NCBI GenBank assembly: GCA_029855935.1
Contig: JAGSHN010000027.1
Coordinates: 32,001-96,000 of the forward strand
Source of the DNA: Candidatus Thorarchaeota archaeon
GTDB lineage: Archaea > Asgardarchaeota > Thorarchaeia > Thorarchaeales > Thorarchaeaceae
Direction of reading: 5' to 3'
Length of the DNA: 64,000 nucleotides
Position numbers and translations under genes: made by a program. Positions 19,601-27,400 of the stretch are shown here, in pieces. Positions within the stretch are counted from its first letter, which is position 1. Every line of letters begins with the position of its first letter. Under the pieces are notes generated by a model. The model did no database searches, was not told the DNA's origin, and was given only the letters and a program-made list of their open reading frames with translations.

Positions 19601-21439
19601 CACAATATTCGAGGTATGTCTGACAGTAAACGGTCTCTTGAAGAAACCGACATTCTGAACAGAGCCGCTTGCCCCCTCGTCGGTGGCATAGGCCTGAACC
19701 ATCCAGTTGCCAGCCGGAGCTGTGGAGCCGTCCATGACAAATACCGAGGAGGTGGCATAGCCCAGAGCGTCCACTGTGGCGTTCTCGGTGTACCAAGTGC
19801 TGCCGTCGGGAGCGAATATCGTGATGTTGACAACCGAGTTTGTGTACTGTGAGCCAGCGTAGACCCGGACCTGGCTGGAGTTGCCCGCACGCAGCTCGAC
19901 AGTGCGCGACCACGTCGCGGTGTTCGGATCATACAACTTAAGGTCTGTGATCATATTGGGCGCAGTGCTCAGTATGCGCCAGTACCCGTACCGACCTGCC
20001 TCGGTCGTCACCTCGTATGCTGAGACGTTCAGGTACCCGTCACCGGGGTCGCCACCACTCCACCCACTGGTGAGATTCTGCGAACTCGTCAGAGGTCGAG
20101 ATACGTTGAACACGTCTCGCGTCGAGGGAATGGTCATATTGAAGAAGTACCTGTTGACGTAGCCCTCGGGGATGTCAGCGTAGAAGTAGTTGGCAAACTG
20201 CGCGTCGGTGCCATTCTGCACCGTAAACGTCTCACCGTAGGCCGTCGGCGAGATGTCGTAGACCGTCAGCGCGTTGTGCCTGCGGGCGAACATATTGATG
20301 TTGACGTCAAACTCCACGATGATGGGCCTGTTAGGTGTGGGATTGGTCGGTGTCGGCCACCACGAGAAGTTCATCGGAATGGGGTTGCCTGTCCACGGCA
20401 TCTGTGGGTCCTGAGTCAGAGAGCCGGTGCCAGTCGTGGTGCCATCGAGGACCGACTCTTCATTCATCTTCAGGTTTACATCTGACGGATTGGCGAGCGT
20501 CTTCACGTAAAGCTCGACATTGTCGAACTTGGCCCTTGGAGCGATGTCAGGATCGTACCCTACGTTCTGCTTGCTCCAGAGGCCCACCTCAATAGACACA
20601 GAGGGCAGGGAGAAGATGTCGCTGGGCACTGACACGAGGCCGGAATCAAACCATGTCTCCTCAGCCCCAATGTCATCGAAGACGAGCTGCCAGACCATAG
20701 AGCCCTCGACACGAGCGTACACTGCAAAGGAACCAGTCATTCCATAGTGGGTGTCATCCCGAGTGTCTGCCCAGTAGTCAAGCCGTAGACCCGCCCAGAC
20801 CACGGGGCCTCTGTCTACAGTCATTGTCTGTGTCGCGTAGGCATAGTCCCCAGCGTCATAACCGTACGGCGCGGACTGCGAGTTGCTGTTGATCTCGACA
20901 TCCACGCACGGTCCGCCACTGGCGTCGCCTGTGGAGTTGTATGACGCTGCAGGAGTGCTGGAGCCACCAGCACCAGTGGTAGCGTAGGTCCAGTCATTCT
21001 GGGTCGCAAAGTCCGGACTATGGACCCACGTCCTGTTCTCGGTGAGCTGAGTCACCTGCAGCTCCGCGTGGTACGCCTCCCAGTCCGGGCCCAGAGACAC
21101 GTTGACCGCAGAGCCGACCGTCGTGTTGTCGGTGTTGTAGCGCAGCGAGACCGCGTCTACAATGGTCGTGCTGTTGCCGTATTCGGCACCAACCCGCGGG
21201 GACGCTATGCCATTCCATTCCACCCAACCCTGGTCTGAGAGAACGAACCTGTGAAGCTCCTCGCCAGGTCCAACCTCGATAGTCTGTCCATTGCCAATGT
21301 CAACTACGCGGTTGGCCCCCTTCTGTCCGTCGGTGGCAGAGGACGGCATCTTGGCCATCTGACCGGCCGAGAGCACAGACACTGTCAGGAACACGAGCAA
21401 CAGGGCAAAGACCACTATCTTCCGCTTCATCTCTCTCAC
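13694..21439 (-). CDS. Giant single-pass cell-surface glycoprotein A: signal peptide, beta-rich head, about 17 Ig-like modules, TM, cytoplasmic tail of about 185 aa
   Basis: Signal peptide KRKIVVFALLLVF; repeated 100-125 aa beta modules (Y.D......I.GA.V...G.G.Y.+.+NT); many N-x-S/T sequons; TM SLVILALLLLLYV; start GTG 21439 or ATG 21430. Confidence 0.9.
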   Translation of the reverse strand: MREMKRKIVVFALLLVFLTVSVLSAGQMAKMPSSATDGQKGANRVVDIGNGQTIEVGPGEELHRFVLSDQGWVEWNGIASPRVGAEYGNSTTIVDAVSLRYNTDNTTVGSAVNVSLGPDWEAYHAELQVTQLTENRTWVHSPDFATQNDWTYATTGAGGSSTPAASYNSTGDASGGPCVDVEINSNSQSAPYGYDAGDYAYATQTMTVDRGPVVWAGLRLDYWADTRDDTHYGMTGSFAVYARVEGSMVWQLVFDDIGAEETWFDSGLVSVPSDIFSLPSVSIEVGLWSKQNVGYDPDIAPRAKFDNVELYVKTLANPSDVNLKMNEESVLDGTTTGTGSLTQDPQMPWTGNPIPMNFSWWPTPTNPTPNRPIIVEFDVNINMFARRHNALTVYDISPTAYGETFTVQNGTDAQFANYFYADIPEGYVNRYFFNMTIPSTRDVFNVSRPLTSSQNLTSGWSGGDPGDGYLNVSAYEVTTEAGRYGYWRILSTAPNMITDLKLYDPNTATWSRTVELRAGNSSQVRVYAGSQYTNSVVNITIFAPDGSTWYTENATVDALGYATSSVFVMDGSTAPAGNWMVQAYATDEGASGSVQNVGFFKRPFTVRHTSNIVMSYLSDAVSTWVTNTTYENLVLVILKVNDTDSNVLVPGGTMSYTWAGGSGTFDDSGNGEYTKVIDTSTVPGKGQFTMDISWSRTAYDVSTAQIIFNVYYDATLESPDYPGISNAVGLDQTFRVNYTNVNGTGITGATITCNWTASYTVAEVGGGLYDVTLSTAGIPIGEYPILVQATAPFVVAKSLILYVDVREIYNTISYTANQLSIPVGESRSFRLTWTDTDSNVPVTGANNSIVCNWTSFHTTGEKNYTVIEVSPGEYEITLFTEDDDPVNSPGGFYTVQFDVSRPNYQNHTFIVEVQIRSHDTLFVLDKPVDQTPYTGTVIVLVEYRDLDLGVGIDNLTGYVRITVSSPTATLTWSVSSSTLGTGHYNITFSADQWGTIGWKDITIEVRWTGPVPTYYNGTIHTSVRILGTDTSIYLEQAPTAKYYLENFTFTVVYWDKVNSTRISNSTGDVFVYITPITAGHPVTQADFVVSELGGSPGTYEFRLNTSRFLITGTFEFRLNFTWRSGQAPLYENRSMTVSLVVLERLTYLDYVPIEPAPFGESATFYFSYVDSLSSERIANSSAISISLAEGWVSYSLSYDDSSRFFTMLIDTQSLGGVGTFTLHLNIGWSGEPYYRDLANQSFTLRVTLRNTQLTHGSFEPGQWGMNVTVVFTYTDLISGSSSGMTGTLTLNASLAGYYTVTYLGNGQYEVVLNTTGFPSDGVFTLNATIVYTGSNYEADASDVFGFAVSERATQLAYEIPDLTYYLENATFVVTYTDDNDGSPIDGATVVVSCSNSSVSPLVEGTDYWVVPLGNGQFRILVDSESLGSLGAFPVNVSLSWSGVPFYAPAHRVIYIRVGERPTQILITQTPGNTPFLENVTFQFKFSDFLTGQAISITKSNIALTFGPAQTPIGSGDYSLASLGTEYAISFNSTLLNSTHLVSNVPIYVTIDKTGQPPYYAARNATTYATTTERPTQILFPLVGTTPYGDNISIVFEYTDFISGAGISGASVSVAFLNISPGIYNITDNGDGSYLLEIPTSQFLGTGSIFFNLTASRPGYPYYAERSAYDIRAVIRLIQTTLVTEAPSPASLPVGALHVVNVTLYDSDHDTVVTGATVETNWTSLYGTPVTIMEIGGGVYQLTINTTGLLAQQYYFAVWATKTDYRQATATVMIQPAALTVDLTLSKTTYYAEWGEFIDIRADVVEALTNTPVPEMTVELQWNGTVYPFVDLGNGTYVLHLDTATQRYGTYEPVVVASKQFYQPRSATFTLVVTKASGSIVAMSSVVDVYPSGLNEFWVYLNATARNVPIEDANVTLLWGDKVAHLYANGTPGYYVGYINSTGFAIGDYQATLHALAPNYDFLDTPVTIIVLPTPTSLTLNGGAILVNSYYGDIVQLVVEYNDTFVGTRVTGASVTYVVGGLSGLLHEQPDGTYVTTVNTSRLSTGSLELSVIAARDGYATARRTVSFNVFEVPTVLNSTAPTLSGYYGDTVQFRTLYWDVHNDQPVVGASVTASWSGGPAVVTDLGNGTYLITVVVNVTNPRTYIVSVSMTVPNYATGTIELNLVMLRTPATILGVGAYSLPINETASLAFTVRNDLTDEIITDLVAEAHWQGIGIAPLTQMENGSYLLSVSGDLPIDTYRVDLVFSGPYYLIPVKTVQITVRQVLTTYYVSTQEIRTYPGASLEITVQYWDLDHNVGIDDADYEVGISGDGNLTFYPDFTRNTGNGTYVFIVQVTDPGTFYFVVTLSKDDFVSQQVAFTIYSSPSEAQIFAQNVAVYGGSSLVILALLLLLYVKVLSVPKMIRYINRMLGALKRGKVPKAPPVRSRQDVLLEMANEELAPVNLAKESEDVDGYPIKAVVPEVEELLEYLAQLTGLGDEEIEAFRSDLARMKPSERVGFLREVIAQEEQRRAEAIAEAEGKVQEVREPALAEHPEQLEELRRRLEQKGIGPDEIEIILEQAKTLSKADLEALLRSIGLDLD

Positions 21440-24400
21440 TCCTCCTCACCCTTCAGCTGCCGCAGCAGCGCGTCTATCTCGGCCTTGGTCAGGGCCTTCG
21501 CCTGTTCCACAATCAGATCTACCTCATCAGGCTCGATACCGAGGCCGAGTAGCTCTTGTCGAAGCTGCTCCAGCTCCTCCTCTGTCAGCGCCCGTGCCGC
21601 CTCAGGTGGCGCCGCCTCCTCGACTTCGGGCGCGGCTGCGACCTCCTTGGCCCGTCTCGCCCGCTCCTGCCTTATGACCTCACGTAGGAACCCAGCACGC
21701 TCGCTGGGTCTCATCTGGTCGAGGTCTGCACGGAGTGTGTCGATGTCAGACTCCGTGAGGCCGACGAGCTCAGCGAGCTCTGCCAAGAGAGCCTCAACAT
21801 CCAAGGCGGACACATCAACCGTCGACGGGGCCACGTCCTCATCCGTCTTCGTTATGTTGACGGGCTCCACCGACTCGTTCATCATATCAAGAATCATTGT
21901 TCTACGGTCACGCACAGGGGCGGCGGTGGGTACACCACCCTTTCGGAGCACACTCTCCATGTGGCGAATCTTGCGCACGAGAGGCGGCACCGAGAGGACC
22001 TTGATATAGAGCGCCGCAAGACCACTCAGCACAAGAATTGCAGCAGCGAGATAGCCGAAGGACGTGAACAGGGCCTGACGCTCGGGCGTCATCACTGTAT
22101 ACACCACGGCCGTGTACTCCGCCGCCTCGTGATCGCTGACGGACAGACGGATGTGAATCTCGTACGTGTTGAGTCCCGGACCAACAAACCCAAAGACATA
22201 GGTCCCGTTGCCCAGGTCGCGATTGAGGTCGGACACCAGTTCAAGTGTCGTCCCCTCGGTGCTGTTGACGGCACCGGGCAGCGGCCTGTCGTGATCAAGG
22301 TCCCAGTATGTCACTGTCACAGTGAACTCCTCACCCTCGTAGAATGTCGATGGATGACTTGCGACCCGCAGCTCGGTGTGGATGAGCCTTATTGTCATAC
22401 TGCTCCTGATCTCAGCGACAGAGTAGTTACCACGGGTCATGGTGACACGGATGGCGTAAGGTGTAGACCGGACCTCCAACCTCTCAATCCCCGTCGCCTC
22501 AGGACCGAAGGCATAGGAGCCGTTGCCCATTGGGACGAGGCTCACTGCTCCAAACTCCCAGATTGCTGCAGCAGTGCAGTTGGTCACGGGCCGGTCATTG
22601 AGTGTGTCCCACAGGGTGAACACGACAGTGTAGTCATCTCCCACTGGGAAGTCCACAGTGGTCGTGCCACGAATCTCCGTGGGTATCGGTCGCACCACCA
22701 ACCTGACTGAGCTAAACGCCGACTCGTACCTGTCACGAGAGAAGGCGAGGAATATGTCGTAGGCAAGAGGACTTGCTGGTTGAATCGTGGAGTTGATTGT
22801 CAGGACGTAAGTGCCGTTGTGGAGATCCACAAGCTGACCTTGTGTCAGACCTATCTCATAGATGGCTGTGGCATTGGTCACTCCCACATCATTGTGAGTG
22901 TCCCAGAACAGTAGGCGGAACGTAGCATTCCTGCCGTAGTACACCTCTACCTGACCACTACCAAGGACATCAATTCTCGTGGGAATACGTAGTACAGTGA
23001 CCACAAGCTGTGTGGTCGCGGGGGTGTGAGCAGCCTTGCTGGCCGTCACAGTCACGACCCAGCCTCTGACATCCAGATTGGCAGTCGGCACAATAGCGGT
23101 GTAATACCCAGGTTGTGTGGCAGGCTGCATCTGGCCCTCAATGTCTGCGATACGGTAGGTCACGTTTGCCTCAGTCACTGGCACCCCGAGATCGGTGTTG
23201 TTATAGTACACCGTGAGGTTGAACGTATCGCCATAGGTGACCGACAGACTTGTGATGCCCTCAAAGGCCAATAGTTCAGTTGATGCCTCTCTCACCTCAA
23301 TCGAGATTGACGAGCTGGCACTACCGTAGTTCGTCGATGTGGCTTGGAACGTCAGCTGATAGCTCCCGACAGGGACATCCGGTACCGACAGCAGGCCCTC
23401 GTACCGAGCAGTAGTGACGTTCCACACCAAGTAGCCACTCCCGCCAGCCCAGCTGAAGGATATTGATCCGACTGGTATCGACGAACCGTTCGCCGCCACG
23501 GTGTAGTAGGCCAGCAGCTCAGTGGTCTGGCCAAGAGTCAGTGTTGACTGACCTATGGACACCACAAGTGAGGCGGGCACCTTCCCTATCCTGATGTCGA
23601 TGTCGACATCACGGGTCTCGTAGTTGGTGAGCTCCGAATGAAACGTGAGTCTGTAGTCTCCAGCCGAGTAGAGTTTGGTCCTGATTGTAACTTGGTAGAG
23701 ACCACCACCGACCTCCGTCAGCACGTAGATGTCGCCAACCATCTTCAGTGTGACGGAGGCACCAGTCACGGGACTGGCATCTCGGAGATCGGACAGCGTG
23801 ACATTGAAGGTCACGAGGTCGCCGTAGATGATGCTCACAGGCGAGAATGTCACGTCGAGGTCCACAGGTACTGGACTGAGGGCGAAGTCCGCCGTCACTG
23901 TCTTGTTGTAGTGGAGATGACGGGAGGCATTGACATGAAACTCGTAGACGCCAGCAGTGAGCCCAGATGTGTCTATTGTCAAGTGATAGATTCCGTTCCC
24001 CACCTCCGCTATCGAGGAGCTGGTGCCATAGAGCGAGGTCCAGTCAGTGACCACAGTGGCACTCTCGATTCCGAGACCTGTCAGTACGTTCGTGAAGTTT
24101 ACATTGAGAATGACTGTGTCGCCGGAATAGTAGGTCACACCAGCTGGGACCGTCACCTCAAGGCTCGTGGACACAGGGTTCACAATGACAGAGAAGAAGA
24201 CATTCGTCTTGTTCTGATAGAACGGCGAGCCGGTGGAGGTGATGTTGAAGACGAAGTGATATCGTCCTGTCGAGCCAAAGGTGCTGGTGTTGACTCTTAT
24301 CTCATAGATGCCGCCACCAAGGTCCAGCACCCAGCTCTGAATGGGAGTCACATTCAAGCATTTGACGGTCACGGTGGCACCCGGAATCCCAGCGCTGGTG

Positions 24401-27400
24401 TCGTAGTCCGCAAACTCGATCAGTGCAGTGGCGTTGTACATGATGTCTGCGGGCGGCGTGGAGACCACTGCAACTTGCGAGGGGCGTCCCGTGATGGTCG
24501 CCTCCGTGGTGGTTGTGGAATTAGAATAGTACGGTGCAGTGTCACCCCAGTAGAACTGAACCTCGATGGGGTGACCCTCGACTAGAACAGAGGTTAGTAT
24601 CGTGGAGTTCAAGGAGATACGGTATCCGGTAGCAGTTAGGCTGAGGGCGTAGTCACCTGCGGAGAGCGGTATGTGAGATGCACCGTGAAACAGCAACAAG
24701 ACATCCTTGCTGAGAGTGACAGACGAACCGTCCAGACCGTCCGTCGCAGCCACAACAAAGGTGACATTGTTGAGAAACGGCGTGTTGAGAGGCGACCTCA
24801 CCACAGACAGGTGGAGGGGACGTCTTGATACCTCGATGGCCACAGAGAGCGTTCTCTCGAGGTAGTAGGGCTGTCCGGTGTAGTTCGCCACTATGTCGAT
24901 TGTGTATGAGCCGAAATTCCCAAGGGCCTGTGTCGAGATTCTCACACGATATCGTCCAGAACCGAGATAGTCAACCCAGTAGTTCACGCCCAACTGGAGC
25001 CCCGTTGCTGCAGTCGTACAGGAGGCATAGATCGATGCGCCAGCGATGCCGACATTCGTTGTGTCATCGAAGTAGAAGACTGTGACGTTGGCCTGCGTGA
25101 GATACGGCGCGGGACCCGGCAGCTCGCTTGTGAGCTGAGTCCTGCGTTGGACCACTGTCAGATAGAATGAGTCTGTGGCGTTCTCACAGTAGCGCGTCCC
25201 ACCATAGGTGATGCTGACATTGATGAGGTAGGTTCCCAGCTGACCGAAGGCACTCGTATTGAGAACCAGCGTGTATGTACCGTCAGCATTGTCCTCGACC
25301 GAGTAGTAGTCTTTCAACCAGGAGTCAAGCGTGAGATTGCCACCGTTCATTCCCGCGGTTGAGTAGTCATCGAGATCCCTATAGGTGAACAGCAGGGTGA
25401 GATTCGCGGCAAACTGAACGGACGTGTAGCTACCGTGCACAAGCTCTGTGTGGCGGTATCTCACGGTTATCGGTACCTCTACAGAGGTCCGGTTTTGGTA
25501 GTAAGGTGTGCCGACCCAAGTTATGTTGATGTGGAACACGCGAGTCCCTGGTGCCCAGGACGAGGTGTCTATCTCCAGATAGAACTCACCTGTTGCGTCG
25601 CCGCCGTAGTATAGTGTGTACGTCACAGCCTCAACAATCTCGATGTGCAGGCTTGAGGAGTTGAGAATCGGAGCGCCAGTGAGCGAGTCACGATACGTGA
25701 GGGTGAGATTGACCAGCTCGTCGTACGGTGTCACGGGCAACGGCGTCCACTCAACGGTCGTCTGTCTCTGTGTGGCACGCACTGTGACAATCAGAGTCTT
25801 GTTCTCGTACAACGGTAGAGCGCCCTTTGTCCAGTTGAACCATACCTCAAGGTCGCAGGATATTGGCCCACTGAGGAAGGCCGAGTCGAACTCGAACCAG
25901 TACTCACCCGGTTGATTGTCGGGGTCGACCTCGTAGATCATCATCTTTGACTGATCAAGGGACTGGCCGGGTGTGAGCACGGTCACAGTGATATGGACAT
26001 TTCCTGCATACGAACCCGTCGAGTTGACGATGCCAGTCTGTGCGCCGACATCGTAATAGACCAGCGAGAAGGTGATGTTCTCATCATACGGCGTCATAAC
26101 AGGGTTCACACCGATGAAGAGCTCGGCCGGGGTGGCTGTCACGACCACGGCGACCTCATCAAGATAGAGCGTCTCGTTGGTGTACTTCTCAGTGGGTCCT
26201 GTCCAGTTGGCGTGGATTGTCACGTTCTTTCCGCCAATCGAGCCCCACGAGTCAGCAGGGATGAGGACCAAGTACTCTCCCGGTGCGGAACCGTTGGTGA
26301 CGGTGTACGGCAACGAGGGGATGTCCGCGACTGCATAGATATAGACATAGTAACCTGTGGCGGAGCCGTTCTCTATCCCAACCTCCGCATCGACATCCCA
26401 GTACATCACTCTGATCTCAATCGTCCCCGTGTAGGGTGTGGGTTCAACCGGATTGACAAGATACAGCGATGTCAGATGCGTCCTCAGTTCGAGTTCAATA
26501 TAGAATGTATGGTTCTGAACACCGCCCTGCTCCACATCCACCTGCACCGTGTACAACCCGAGCGTGTCAGTGTCGACAGAGTAGATTGAGATGTTGTACT
26601 CGCCAGGAGTGGACGTCTCGACGACGGTGTAATGACCGTGTGAGCCAGTCCAGTTCAGCGTGAAGGCGCTCTCTGCACCTGATATTGGGAGGTTGTGGTC
26701 GGTGTCCCGATACGTGACCGTAAATGATGCGACGTAGCCAACCGGTAGAGAGAGATGACTTGTTGAGGGGGACGCCGACGTGAACAGCTCTCGAACCTGA
26801 ACAGACAGCTCAATCGTTCTGCGCTCCACAAAGTCCTTTGACGCCGTTATCTGGACCACGTACGTCGCCAGTGGGGCGGTACTCGTGTCGAGCGACAGTG
26901 TGTAGTAGCCCGGATTCCCTGCCTGTGGAGTGACCGTGTAGGTGCCGAGTGTCCAATTGCAGGTTATCGTGGCCCCAGTGATGCCGTTACTCCTCTGATC
27001 CTCGTAGTACAATGTGAGGTCAGCCGAATATCCCTTTGGAACATCGATGCCCGGCGCGTCGGGTGAGAGCAAGTCACTCAAGTAGATCACATTGATAGTA
27101 AAGGTGGCCGAAACGGAATCGTAGTATCCCTTTGTCCATTGCAGGGCCACGTCGTATTGCCCATTGGATGCCAAGAGCGATGTGTTCAACGCAATGTTGT
27201 ACTCGCCAGTACCGAGGTCATTCATAGTACCCGACCCGGCCGCCCAGCTGTATGCCATCACACCCTCTGGGAGAAGTTCGCCGTTGTCCGAGTCGTTGAC
27301 TCGCACCTGGAGAAGAACGACATCGCCATAGGTCACGTTGACACTCCACGTCGTGCGACCCTCAACAGGATATGTCACAGACATGACGGTACCGTGCTGG